A stretch of 64,000 nt of DNA from the human T2T-CHM13v2.0 reference genome, Homo sapiens: assembly GCF_009914755.1 (NCBI RefSeq), contig NC_060927.1. One strand, written 5' to 3'. Numbering within the stretch: the first letter of the stretch is position 1; every line of letters begins with the position of its first letter. Positions 47,198 through 63,450 of this stretch are shown here, piece after piece. The notes beneath the pieces were generated by a model, which was not told where the DNA came from, did not search any database, and saw nothing but the letters and a program-made list of their open reading frames with translations. A program made the translations under genes and the position numbers.

Positions 47198-47809
47198 TTC
47201 AGCATGAAGTCGAATACAAACTTAAGAAGTTCCTCTCCAGGCTCCTCATAGTTATGGTTCAGTCAGGGATGGACCAACCTATGAGATTAGGGGAATGGCC
47301 AGCTGGTTCACACAATAGGCCTCAGGCCTGGTGTGGAGTCCTTAGTCTTGTGGTCACTGATCACAAAAAAGCCAGTGGGAAGGGTAGGAAGGAGAAAGAG
47401 CTGCATTGGTCATTGAAACAAGGCCAACACAAACTTCCCAGCCCCAGCACTTTCTGAATCCTTTTGTGTAGAATTTCTGCAGATGCTGGAAACCCAGGAG
47501 GAACCAAAGTGAACATCCTAATTTAGCATTGGAGGAAAGAAAATAACTGAATGGAGTTTAGAGTCATGTGGATGCCAGAGGCCATAGGCAAGCTAGAAAC
47601 AATATAGTAAGAATATTTAAGCTGGGATGGAGTGGGCAGGGTCCTGGCGCCTGCCTGGCATTTAGCCCTGGCTCCAGCCCAGCCAACCCAGCAAACAGGG
47701 CCTTGACTTCCTCTTCCTGGGTGGGAATGAACCCCAGATCAATTCAGTCAGCCTTTCTTGGGACTAGTAACCATAGTAACATAAACAATAACAAAAACAA
47801 CAATAGAAG

Positions 47810-48025
47810 CTACCATTTATTCTTAAATATGCCGGCAGTTATACTAGTCACTTTACATGCATTTCCTCACCTAATCTTTACAATTGCCTTGCAAAATGCA
47901 GGCTGTTATTATTTCCATTTTGAAAATGAGGAGACTGAGGCTCAGAGAGGTTAAATAATCTGCTCTTGGCCACACAACAGCTAAGCAGTGGAGTCCGGAT
48001 CTGAACCCAGCCCTCTGGCTGAGAC
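47810..48025 (-). mobile_element. MIR
   Basis: ccattttgaaaatgaggagactgaggctcagagaggttaaataatctgc...cacacaacagctaag. Confidence 0.85.
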
Positions 48026-48509
48026 ACCTGATCCTTGGACACCATATTGGCATCCAACTGCTGCTAAGCAGGAATGTCAGTACCAGCCCCTGTTGCTCAC
48101 ACAAATGCCCTGAATAATGAAGCTGGCCTGGAGTACAAGCCAATCCACTATACCCCAAGACATCATGACTTAGATGGCTGGCTCCACTCAGTTGGAAGGG
48201 AGAGGGAAAGTGAGGAGGGGAGAAGACAGAAGAATAAAGGGAAACAACACCATGGCTGCCCTATTTCTTCAGCCTCAGCAGCATCAGTGTCAACCAGACT
48301 CCCCATGCAGCCCAGTGGATCCTCCCTTGCCTCTAACTGGGGGCCATGGGACTCAGAACAAGTCTTTTCTGAACGTAATCACAGGTTTAACCCTACTTAG
48401 CACCAATATTATATCCAGAACACATGTTGTCTGACATCTGTATAAAGAGAATTGCTTTAAAACTTGAACTGAGGAGCTGGGGGCCACAGAAGTCCACCCC
48501 ACCAGACAG

Positions 48510-48718
48510 CAGGATTTTTTAACCTCAGTACTAGGAACATTTTGAGCCAGAAAATTAATTATTCATTGTGTAAGCTACCCTATGCATTGCAGAATGTTGA
48601 ACAGCATTCCTAGATGCTAGTAGCACATGCCCCCACCGCATTCGTGACCTCCAAAAACGTCTCCAGACGTTGCCAAATGTCCCCTGCTGGGGAAAGTCAT
48701 TCCTGGTTGAGAACCACT
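48510..48718 (-). mobile_element. MER20
   Basis: aaaaacgtctccagacgttgccaaatgtcccctg...ggttgagaaccact. Confidence 0.88.
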
Positions 48719-48726
48719 CATCTAGA

Positions 48727-48931
48727 GCATCACTGCCCAACAGAACTTTCTGTGACAACGGAAATGTTCTATGCCTACAACATCCAATAGGCTAGCCAAT
48801 AGCCACATGAGGCTCCTGAGCACTTGAAATATGGCTAGTGTCACTGAGGAACTGAATTTTTAATTTTATGTAAGTTTAATTAATTTAAATAGCCACACAT
48901 GCCTAGTGGCTGCCATATCTTGGACTGTGCA
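48727..48931 (+). mobile_element. MER3 (hAT-Charlie MITE)
   Basis: cagaactttctgtgac...ggaaatgttctat...gagcacttgaaatatggctagtgtcactgaggaactgaattttt; flanks tctagag/tttagag. Confidence 0.9.
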
Positions 48932-49086
48932 GTTTTAGAGGGGGTCATAGAATTTCCATATTCATGACAATCGGATCTTAAGCAGATGGATACTTGGTTT
49001 CCAGTACAAAATTCTTCATATTCATTAAAAATTGTATTTTCTTCTCAACGGAAATTAATAAACTCTAAAATTGAAAGTGTTTTTTG

Positions 49087-49530
<444 letters not shown>

Positions 49531-49715
49531 TTATGCCTGTAGATTAGAACCAAGTGCACTCTTTAAGAAGCTAGTTGCAAAATGATTTCTTTTTTCACTG
49601 TTAGAAAAATGTACTTGCTACTCTCTTTGGGACACATTGAATGTAAACTGTGTCTTCAGAGACATCAGCTATCCTGCAGAAAGTGCTCTGCTCCAGCAAC
49701 TCAAATAACTCATAC

Positions 49716-49784
49716 CATTTGGAAACGAGAGTAACACTGTGAAAAGTCTCTTAAGCAGTCACGTGCCTCCATCCTGTCCCTCCC
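49716..49784 (-). other. Candidate 69-nt internal exon
   Basis: Minus strand: ttttgggtttttcag|GGGAGG...CAAATG|gtatga; sequence-only prediction. Confidence 0.25.
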
Positions 49785-50324
49785 CTGAAAAACCCAAAAT
49801 GCACACAATTCAGGTGAAGCTTTCCACTGTAACTCAAGGTGTGATGGATTTTTCAGCTTAGCGAGAAAGATTAGTATTGATGTAACAAAGTGACTGTAAA
49901 ACCAGCCATACAACGTTATAAATACATCATAGCTGTCAGGATGTTTCTTTCGCAATGGGCAAATACAGAACCAAAGACCATTTGGAAGCGGGGGTGGTGG
50001 TCATACACAACACCATGTGTGGGGTGGGAAACATCCAGAACTATGGCGCTGAGCAGGAAGCTGAGCCATCTACAAAATATTTCCTGAGTGATATATAGAG
50101 AGCTTAAGATGGGATAAAGCCTGATGATGAACAAAGTCAACAAAGTGCGTTGGAGTTACCCACACTGTCTTGATACCAAGAAATTTTAGCTTTAGCAATG
50201 ATATGAGAATCCAAAAGTACACTGTCATTCTGAATAATTGTATATGTATCTCCTTTGTAGGCTCAACGTAGACTTTAGGTTAACCTCCACTGGTCAAGTA
50301 TGAAGTGTTATCCATATGGCACAC

Positions 50325-50848
50325 ACTACCGGATGGCAACCCAACAGCCAATCCCAACTCGTTCTTTCTCTTCTCCCTCCCTTTTCTCCCACCTCCTACT
50401 CCCCAAGCTGAAAAAATGAGATGCTCCCCCTTCCCAGCTTTCTCTGCAGTTAGGGATGGTGATCTAATTTAGTTCTGGCCAAAAGATATAAGGGGAAGAT
50501 GACTGAAAAGATATAAGGGGAAAATGACTTTTTTTCTTCTTGATAAGAGGACACTAAGAGATCTCTTTCTCTCTCTCACCGCTCTGTCCTTTTCCTTACT
50601 TTGTGCCTTTAAATGCAACCATGTAGGAAAGTGATGCCTGGTGCTTCAGCAGCCATCTTGTGGCCCAGAGGGAAAAGTTGAAGGAATCAAAGAGCTTCCC
50701 TAACCCCACACTCAGACATTATTAAGATGCCAAACCAATCCTGGCACTGCCTATCTTCAAACTTCTGGGCAAGTAAATAATGAATTTCCTCATGTTTTTA
50801 GCCACTGTGGAGTAGTGAGGTGTTCCATGAACACATGCTAATTGATAT
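50325..50848 (+). mobile_element. MLT1 (I/J-like) solo LTR with an internal 25-bp tandem duplication
   Basis: ttcccagctttctctgcagttaggg...agttctggcca...gatgcctggtgcttcagcagccatcttg. Confidence 0.72.
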
Positions 50849-51739
50849 ATCCCAAATTCCAAGAAAGACGAAAGAAAAGTCACTTCCTTGAGAGAGTGGA
50901 GCTAATAAAAAGTGTAATTACCAATCTCCCAGTATCTAAATTGGTTCTCTGAGAACTTGTCACTAAGAAAACAATTCTTAGTCCTTAGAGTATCCCTGAA
51001 GAACAACAACAATGCCTCAGGCCCCCTGAGTGCCAACTTCATGCAAGGCTTTTACTGAAGTGGTTTACTTACGTCACCCAGTCTTCTGACACCCTTACTT
51101 GACAGGTACTATGATTTTCCCAGTGTTTGAGATAAAGAAACAGAAGTGGATGGAAGTGAAACAAAATGTCCTAGGCCAACAGCTGTTACAGAAAACCTGG
51201 TCCCACAGTAGGGAAATGGTTACACATGTGGCCTCAACTGCAAAACATGGTCAATGCCAACCGAGTGATAAACCTTTCTTACTCTAACATGTAACAGCAG
51301 ACACCTGGGCTCAGGGCATAGGTTACACACAGTCATTACAGCTGTGCCTCAGTTTGCAACAGAAACCAAAGGAAGGATTCATAGGCTAGTCCTGCAATGG
51401 CCCCAGATGCTGCCTGAGACAGAGGTGACAGCAGCATCCACAATGCAGCTGACACCATGAGCAGGCAAGGGTGTCGCTTCATGGCTATCTGTTTCCAGGT
51501 ACTGGGCCAAGTGGGGCATGGCCTGATGCATATAGTGCCTCCATCCCCCAATTTTAACACCAAAAGAAAAATTAAAAGGTCAAAAAAATCCTTCAAGGGA
51601 AGTTGCTAAAAGGGGGCCCATGTTAAACAGAAGTCACTTAGAAACATTAAAAGGCAGGTTGGTGTGTTGGATAGATGCAGCAAATGCACTGGTGTGGACA
51701 GCTGGGCATGTATCTTAGGGTAGATAAAGAACCATCCGG

Positions 51740-51950
51740 CAACTTGGCTTCATAATTTTTGGCTGTGTGATCTTGAGTAATTAGCTTAACCTCTCTGAAC
51801 CTCAGGTTTTCCATCTTTAATATGGAAATAATAGACGTTTAACTTTAGTGAGTTGTGGTGAGAATTAAATGAAATGATACATGTCCAAGTTCTGATCTTC
51901 TACACAGCAAGTACACAATGATACTTAGCTACCATCATCATCATCATCAG
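51740..51950 (+). mobile_element. MIR
   Basis: gctgtgtgatcttgagtaattagcttaacctctctgaacctcagg...gttgtggtgagaattaaatga. Confidence 0.85.
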
Positions 51951-54576
51951 TATTTAATGATAATAAAGTGCAATATTACTATGAAGTATGTAACCCAGTA
52001 CTCAGCATGTGCTAGGTTCTCAGTAAATATTTACTCCTTTTCTCTTCTCTCTCCCTTCCACAAATAACTCGAAGATTTAACTCTGATAAGATGTACCTAT
52101 TGTAATTTTAAAAAATATTAATAAGCTCATCCCACTAAAATGGTACTGGACTTGGTGTTATGGTAGATACAAAGACAAAGAAAGCTTCAATGGACATATG
52201 ACCACATAATAAATACGCCAAATGAAAAAAGTATGTACCCGTTAAAAATGTAATTAATTAAATATATGTAGCACTAACATTTAAAAAAATGTTATACATG
52301 TAAGGATAGCCCTTCCAGTTACTAAGTTTCTCTGGGTATTAAGAACAGAGGTAGTTACGATTTTAAAAATATTTTGCCTTATAGTTCAAATTTTCTGCTA
52401 TGAACATGTACACCTTACAAATTTGGAGGAAAAGACATTACTTTGCAAAAGATAAAAAACAGAAGTTTCTACCTTCCTGAATTGGTTTTCTAGGGGTGAA
52501 CAGTTAATAATCTGTCAACCACATAAATGGTAACAAATCTATAAGAAATTTTAAAATTTCTAAACATTTAACTAATCCAACCTCCATGCCTTAATAAGTT
52601 ACTCTGGGTATTTTCCTCCCCCCTAACTTCCTAGTCTCACCAGAAGTAAAATTTTCCCCTTGGTTTCAACCTGCTTTTGTCTTCCCTGTAAGAATATTGG
52701 GAGGAGAAAATTCAGAGTACATCTTCAAGGCCCCCGCAAAGTGTGACTAGAATGTACAGGTAGGTAGGTTGGGCACACAAAAATAAATAACCTATTAAGA
52801 GTCATGACTACTGGGCTGACCTCACTCATGGAGGTATTGTGGACCGGCATTTGCTAAAAAGTTTTTCCTTATTGGTTGGCTGGCCTCAAAGAGCTCTGCG
52901 AATGCCAGGACTTATGATAAGCTATGACACACTTAACTGTTACATATTAATGTTCATGATAATACAATCTTTCATTTGGGTGATTTAAAAGTCCCTCTAG
53001 TCCGACTTACAGTTAGATATACACTGAATGCTTCATCAATCACAACCATTTTTATTCTCAATCTTGTGCAAAAATACTAGAGAAGGTGAATTCCAGTTAC
53101 ACACTGAAGAGGGCTTTACTGTTAGCCCTGAAAAATTTCACTCTTTTCACATGTACACGGGATTCCAACAGTTTCTGCCTAAGCATTCTATTTACCTGTG
53201 TCTTTCACTGTAGCTGATCTTATCTACAGGGTAAAAGCAAATCCACATTCATATCTCTACTATAGGGTCAAACTCCATATCTTATATGGAGAAAGCATTT
53301 CAGTTATGAGCTTGACAAAATGCCCAGCATTGCAACATTTGAAATACTTGGGAGCAAGCAGCATGAGAAGGTCACAGCAACTTGAACGGAGCTTTTTAAA
53401 AGGAGGATTTAGAACCACCTCACAGCAATAACCAATGGGCCCACTTAACGCCAAGCAGTGAGTCGGTGATCACACCTACCCTAATAAATGCACTTGAAAG
53501 AAACTACACCCTTTTTCCATTCCTGTAAAGGCTTGCTGTAGTTTCATGGCCAAAATCTTCCCACAATTAACCTCGGACCTATAGATCATAAGGCAACTCA
53601 AGACAGAGGCAGCAATCAGACTAGCCACCATCCAAAATGGTCTTGTCCTACCTTGACTGCAATTATCTTCTAAATTAGAAACACAGGAATTGTTTAGGTC
53701 AGAATATAATAGCCCGTTAGCCTTACACTGTCCCCATGTGCAACATAGAAGTAAATGCAACTATAGAGACAGAAAAATCTGTACCCCGAAATGTTTTGCT
53801 TGGGGTGGGGGAGAGTTAAGCCTAACCCTCTAAAATGAAGTTTTAAAAAAATACCTAACATATATGTATTCAATATTTACATTTTGATTTTATTATGTTT
53901 CCTCGCTTTCATACTCTTAAGTTCTCCCATCTTAACAATCTTCTTTTAGGCTAATAAATTTCTTTTGATGCCTAGGTCATTTACTGGTTGAGCTCTTAAG
54001 GCAAGGAAACACTAAATTATTGGAATTCAGTGGGGAGATGCTTCCAGGGTAAAGGTTCTCTGTTTATTAGCAAAAGAAATGCATTCAACTAATTTGACTT
54101 GTAAGTCTGATAAAATCTCCCTGGAAAAATTGATTCGATTATGATGAGTAATCCTTGGAGATGAAAAATGACAAATACACATATTATGTTTTATTATATA
54201 TTAATTTTAAAAGGGTCTGAAACGAAACTCAAGTAAGCCATCTTTTAGACGTTGGAAAATGGCAAACTTCCCCACAAACTACATGCAAGAAGTAATTAAA
54301 GTAAATGAACATGAAATTAAACAGCACCCCTATAAAGTAGGATATAAAAGTAAAGATTATTAGGGAAAAAAAGACTGTCTTCCTGGTCTATATTAATCTC
54401 ATGAATTGTGCATTTACTCTATTTCTCTTTTATTATTTGATGATGAGTTTTTAGAGCTTGGGTTTTATTAGGACTAGTTGGACGAAGGTCTTCAGCAGCA
54501 AGCTAAGCTACAGGTCTTGGTATGTCATTACATCTTTCCCAATGACGTAAATACCAGATGAAGACATCCAAGGTAA

Positions 54577-55488
<912 letters not shown>

Positions 55489-55729
55489 TATGATGGGAAG
55501 GCCCATGCTTGATGCTGATTCACGGGAGGAAGCTGAGTTTATTGAACTCTTGCTGAATATAATTCACAATATTGTGATATAGTGCTTCTTTGTTATGGGT
55601 GCTCCTAAATTATAAAAATTTGGCTAACAGTCACTTAAAGAAAGACCAGTGGCTGAACCTGCAAGTCAGGAATATTCTTACTAGTTCTTTGCAACACAGT
55701 TTTGGCAATATTTAAAAAACGCAGAATGG

Positions 55730-56455
<726 letters not shown>

Positions 56456-56459
56456 TACT

Positions 56460-57230
56460 GCGCTTAATAACATCCACGGAGCGCCTACGAATATCTACAT
56501 AGTATGCTCTGGGCACACAAAAATAAATTAAATAGGTTCTTACCTTCAGGCAAGAATTTGTGGCTTTCGAATCTGAAAAGAACCCACTAAAATACAGAGC
56601 AGACTTGAACAAAGGTTATAATGAAATACAAACACACACTTGTGGGAGCCCAGACAAAAGAGTGAGTCACACAGGCTGGGTTCAATTGAAAAGGCTTCAT
56701 AGAAGTCATATTTGAGCCAAGCCTTGAAGGATGAGTAGGATGTTAATAGGTAGGAGAGGAGGAAAAAAAAGACAGAGGATTGGCATCCAACACTGAAGGA
56801 AGCAGTAACAGGAGCTATAGAAGTTCAAGGGTAGGGCAAACAAAGGGCAGAATAAGGGGTCTGGTATAAGCTCTGTGAGCATTCCTGTGTCAATCCTGAA
56901 CTCCCAGCAGAGGGCCAGTCCCTTAGGTGACACCCAGATATTTTGTGGAAAGCTAGGCTGGAGGAACTTCTAGAAGACACAGAGACTGGGGCCAGGGGAT
57001 GAAGAGCTTTGAAGGCAATGCTAAGGAGCCAAGTCTTCATTCTACAGGCAGGAAGGCAAGGACAGGAAGGGCAGAAAGCAGGAGAGACTTCAGAGGTCAA
57101 ATAAACAGTGTGTGGCAATTGGAAGGATGTAGGAGGGGAATGGAGAAGAGAGAGCTTTGCTTAAGGCTTTAAGTGTGGGAACCTATCTTTTTGAACTGAA
57201 GCAATTCTGTGTCTAGGACTATCACTGATA
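56460..57230 (-). mobile_element. L2 relic
   Basis: aggcttcatagaag...tttgagccaagccttgaaggatgagtagga; gctaaggag...tcattct. Confidence 0.6.
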
Positions 57231-57298
57231 ATATTAACAAAGTCAATGTTGACCGCAGAGAAACCTTTGACAGTAGCCCTAAGAATGGGATGGGCTGA

Positions 57299-57603
57299 GG
57301 CCGGGTACAGTGGCTCATGCCTGTAATCCCAGCACTGTGGGAGTCCCAGACAGCCGGATCACGAGGTCAGGAGATCGAGACTACCCTGGCTAATACAGTG
57401 AAACCCCTTCTCTACTAAAAATACAAAAAATTAGCTGGGCATGGTGGCATGCGCCTGTAGTCCCAGTGACTCAGGAGGCGGAGGCAGGAGAATTGCTTGA
57501 ACCTGGGAGGCAGAGGTGCAGTGAGCTGAGATCGTGCCACTGCACTCCAACCTGGGTGACAGAGCTAAGACTGTGTCTCAGAAAAAAAAAGAAAAAAGAA
57601 GTA
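57299..57603 (+). mobile_element. AluSc/Y-like
   Basis: Full Alu; 17-bp TSD aagaatgggatgggctg. Confidence 0.95.
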
Positions 57604-57689
57604 AAGAATGGGATGGGCTGCCCCATGGGCATGAGTGGGCACGGCAACCAAAGGCTTCTAACAGAACCCAGAAGAGCCCAAGCTTAAAG

Positions 57690-57890
57690 CACAGACAAGC
57701 TACAGTGTGACCTTGCAGAGCTCACTTCACCTCTCTGTGTCTTAGTTTTATGACCTAGAAAATAGTGTCAGCTGCAGTATATCTTTGTAAGGTTATCATG
57801 AAGATGAAAAGAGAAGACATGCGTAAAGGATTCAGAATGGTTTGCTGAACTGGCACATACAAAGTGTTTGGTAAATATTACCTCCTATCA
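57690..57890 (+). mobile_element. MIR
   Basis: gtgtgaccttgc...cacttcacctctctgtgtcttagttt...tggcacata. Confidence 0.7.
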
Positions 57891-58407
57891 TTCCTATTAT
57901 TTTTCTTATTGTCCACCAAGGATAGTGAAAAATGAGTACCAATGTCCCAAATGACTCACTTCCTAAGTCTATGATCCCTGTGTTGGAAGAAAACTAAACC
58001 CTATGGGCGTCTGGTAAAGGGAGACGACCCCAATCGACTGATTTTTCATAGACGAACTAGATGGTTTGTGATGAGTAATGATAAGAAGAAAAAGAAGGAT
58101 GAACAACTGTAACTGAAATAGGGTTGTGATGAAACAAAAGTGCCTACAAATCAATTAACTATCCATATTAAGAGGAGGTGCCTATCACTTAGAACAGCAT
58201 ATTAACAAGCACTGGGGAAATACTTAGTGATGTGGATGCCACCTGCTAGTTACGTATAAAGTCCCTTAAGACAAGTGAGCCCAGATTAAGCTCCACAGGT
58301 AAGCCCCTTTGGTGGATAGAGGGTGGGGGTGCTGCTGGAGGCTCAGCGTGGTACCCAGTTAGGCAGGGACATGAAGGAAGAGGTGAGGAAGGGCAGCAGG
58401 GAACTAA

Positions 58408-58717
<310 letters not shown>

Positions 58718-58931
58718 AACACTTTCTAATACGTAGGGAAGGCTCGGGGCGCGGGGGGAGAAATGCAGAGATGAAATGGGCACATGATACTTTTACCCTT
58801 TTGGCCATGTTTTGTCAAAGAATTTATGGGATGATTCATTTTTGCCAACTATTTCACATGGTAGTGCTTTACACTTTACGATGAAGTCTGTTAAACATTC
58901 ACATGTTCCTAAAATGGCATGCAATAAGTAA

Positions 58932-59277
<346 letters not shown>

Positions 59278-60421
59278 TACAGTTCTAGTTATTAAAGAAC
59301 AGAGGTCTCCGAGACCAAAAGTTAGGGGCAAAAGCTGGATTTTAAAAAAAGTCTACCAATTCACAGTCCCATGAGCTTTCGACCACACACCATCTGCCCT
59401 TCTCCTAAATGCAAATTGCTAATAAAGTTTAGAATTTGTTAAACCATTAACTCTGCATTTCCTCCTTTTGGGTGTCCTATTAAGCTAAGCAGGAGTCCCC
59501 TGGGCACATTAAGGTAAAACAGAAAGAGCCCCCGATAATATAGTTCAAGATAAGAATGTAGGGTATTACACAACCTATCATTTATACCTTTTAAAGTAAT
59601 ACAGGCCTCTCGCAAAGCTGTCGGATATTCTAAGTAATTATCTTCCAGCACATTAAGGTTTGGGCTATATTCTCTATTTAATAAATCGATATAAATAATG
59701 CCACTTTTAGTAAATTATCACTAAGTTTTCAACATAATATCAAATACATTAATAAAAAAATTAGATTTTTTTTAACTTTAGTTTCCAGTTCTGCAATCTG
59801 GAACTAAAGCCAATTCTTGTATTATTTTCATATATTTAAATTTAAAAAAAAAACATAAAATTGAGCAAACTGGTATAACACAGAGAAAAACAGACTTTTA
59901 TTTCCGATAGTTAGACCAAAATATTATAATAGAAATCTACATTTGCTAAGATCTGATGTAATGCTGAAATTAACAAGATTTTTTTTTCTTTTGATTTATC
60001 AACATCTATCTACCCACAATAAAAGAACACAGAATACTGAGGCAGGTTAGCAAGCTCTGTAGACTAAAGCTGTGTTACTGAGAAATAATCTCGAACAATT
60101 GTGAAAACATTCGCACATTTCAAAATGACTGTCTCTCTTGGTGGCCTGATCTCCCAGCTAGGAAAGACACACTGATGTTACTCTCGAGGGGACGGAGGCA
60201 GAAAGATCTTTCATTGTGAATTACCTTATTTGAATCACTGCAGATTCAAAACAAAATCCAACTTCATAGCCTATGGAATAGTCGACATTTTCCAATAAGA
60301 GGGTACACAAGTTACTTGGAAATATACTTTTGGAACTGTCCTCCATACAAGTCCTGATTATTAAGTATCATTTATTAATTCATCATCCATTTGTTTGCTG
60401 AACAAATATTTGTCAAATCCC

Positions 60422-60748
<327 letters not shown>

Positions 60749-61293
60749 CTACTACATACCAGACACTCAATGCTAAGAATACAAAAAAGATATGATCCCA
60801 GCCTGCACCATGACTATCAAAGCTAGGACCTCTTTGGGGCAGAGGAGAGGGGCTGAGCAGATTTCTAATACTTCCAGAAATAAATAAGCAATAGAATTTT
60901 TATACTCATGGTTTACTTCCAACATCAAATTTATGTAGAAAAGAAAGAGGCTGCCCTTTAAAAGAAAAAAAAAAGTCAGCAGATCAAAAGCATCATTAAT
61001 CACTGTCTCTTTTAAATTAAAAGGTTTGCAAAAAGGTGGGCACAGAACCAACGTGGGAAACAAATCATTCCCCTCATTGAGTGAGGGTCAGAGTCTAAAT
61101 GGAAGAGTCCTCCGTATTTACCCAGCTCATCTCCTGTGTAATGGATTTGGAGGAGAGATTTCCACTGGGGCTCTGCTAATTTGAGGCTTGACTTTTTGCT
61201 TTTTAAAAATGACACTTGGGTGGTTACCCTAGTATTGTGACTAGTTTTAGAAATAAACCTTTCAAGTGTTCTCTCTGGGAGGTCCTCACTTAC

Positions 61294-61400
61294 ATGATCT
61301 GACCCGGTAGATCTTGAGCCGTTGCAAAGGTGCTCCACTAAGAAGCTGTGGGACTGAGTCTTCGGGTGGCCTTGGGACTCCATTGGCAAAACGGCTAGCC
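61294..61400 (-). other. Candidate 107-nt exon (141 nt if the acceptor at 61434 is used)
   Basis: Minus strand: ttttacttttgctttcaaag|GGCTAG...GATCAT|gtaagt; GC- and CpG-richer than its flanks. Confidence 0.3.
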
Positions 61401-62177
61401 CTTTGAAAGCAAAAGTAAAACATGCCCAAAGCACCTGAGATAGGGCTTCTCACGCAGTGCCTGGAAGAGTTCAGGAGACCCTGAAAGTGATTCATTTCAA
61501 ATCAGGAGTAGCTCAGCAAAACTAAGGTCAGTGTTTTTCCAACCCCTGCCCTTCAGAACACCTCTATACTCACCCTGGGCTAGGTCACAGGGTGCAGGGA
61601 AAGAAAACATGGCCCTTTTTGCTGTGTATGCAGCACAAAGGGGACACAGCCATGGACAGAATCAGACTTCCCGTCCTGTGGAATACCTACTGAGAGCAAT
61701 TGAAACCTGTTTAAAAACTAAAAGTAAAACAACAAAACCGAGCCTGTGCAACACCACGAAAGCCAGGAATACCAGTGGCTGCTGAAAGAATATAAAAATC
61801 GGATGTGGGGGAATTGGGTTTTTATTGTTCTGTTGTTGCTTATCTTGAATTTTGCTGTCTACTCAGGCTGGGGCCTGAATTAAATGCTTGACCTTCCTTC
61901 TCAGTCAGTGTTCAACAACTATGTATATCATGTCCTACAACAAGCCAGATCTTTTGTGATGTGCGAGGTGTGCAGGAGTGAACTCTGTTCCTGACCCTTG
62001 AGGAAGGTGCCTATGCTTCACTACCTATGTTTCTACATAAGGCTGCTCCACCTACTCAAGTTCCAGCCATACTTAAGCTACTCCTTTGTGGAGATTCACT
62101 CACTTCAAAGCTCTACTGAAAAATTACTTAATAATAATAATGATCAGGTTGACCATACTCAGAGAAAATCCATATTC

Positions 62178-62485
62178 CTTTTTTTTTTTCTCTTCTGAAA
62201 TAGGGTCTCACTCTGTCACCCACGCTGGAGTGCAATGGAGTGATTCACGGCTCACTACAGCCTCGACTTCCCAGGCTCAAATGATCCTCTTGACTCAGCC
62301 TCCTGAATAGCTGAGACTACAGGCACATGCCACGACTCCCAGCTAATTTTTTTTTTTTTTTTTAAATTAGAGATGAGGTCTCACTTTCCTGCCCAGGCTG
62401 GTCTCGAACTCTTGGCTTCAAGCAATCCTTCTGCCTGGGCCTTCCAAATTGTTGTAAGTACAGGAGTGAGCCATTGCACCCAGCC
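62178..62485 (-). mobile_element. AluJ
   Basis: cactacagcctcgacttcccaggctcaa J-type sequence; TSD approximately gaaa(a)(t/c)cca(t/g)attc. Confidence 0.93.
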
Positions 62486-63234
62486 AGGAAACCCAGATTC
62501 AGAAAGGATATCTGTCTAGAGAAAAATCTCATTCAGTGAATTTAATACTTACATACAACTATGACTTGTAAGTCCAGAGTTTTAGGGTAAGAAGCATGTA
62601 ACCATTGTACCCAATGGAGAATTTAAAGCTCAATGTAGTTTGGTGGCTCCAAGATCAAGCCATCCATGTTTATCACCTTATCATAGAAACCAAATATCCT
62701 GAAGACTTGCCCTGGAATGACTTCTAGAAAGAAGAGATTATTGTACCCAGACTGGAAAGCTAAACAAAAGCGATGTTTTTCAAAACACATGAATTCACAA
62801 GACCCAAGGCTTATTTATGGTAAACCGCCAGCAAATATAAAATCCATAATTCCAGAGTGCACTCAAATGAGGATGAGAAATGCAAGACTCATAAAATCTT
62901 GATATCAGGAATGGAGAGCCATGAATGGTGTTTTAGAGAAATTAGTTCAATTCTTAAGTCCTTAGACTTCAGAAAACATTGCCACTTGGAGGGATCTGAT
63001 TAGATTTCCTAATTGCTTTATCACCTATCCTATCCTCCCTGGCTGGTTTGCTGAGCACTATATTAGAGGGTCAGGGAGGTTCCCAGCATCCTTGTCATCT
63101 GTCTTCTACTCTGAGTTTCCAAACACAAAACTCTCCATTCAACCATTATCACCCTGTAGTTCAGCTGGAGGTAAAGAATTACGCGATTGATAACAGTCTT
63201 GTATTGGGTACTCCCATCAATATGAAAAATAACT

Positions 63235-63450
63235 GTAACATTTATTGAGTGTTCATTATACACTAGGCTCTACTGCTTTTATATTCAATAATGGATTTAA
63301 TTCTCACAGCTACTTTTTAAAAATGGGTACCATTTCCCCCTATCATACAGTTGAGAAAAGAGATAGTTACAGAGGTCAGGCAGCTTGCACAAGATCACAT
63401 AGCGAGAAAGGTGCTGAGCTGGAATGCAGTCTGGCTCATCTGATTCTAGA
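63235..63450 (-). mobile_element. MIR
   Basis: aacatttattgagtg...atttaattctcacagc...cagaggtcaggcagcttgcacaagatcacatagc. Confidence 0.8.

Noticed and set aside
49714-49990. Repeated accatttggaa giving two ORFs containing RFQMV
   Set aside because: Only an 11-bp match; homology does not extend
59776-59810. Small inverted repeat ctttagtttccag...ctggaactaaag
   Set aside because: About 12-bp stem with a bulge; too short for a pre-miRNA or MITE and expected by chance
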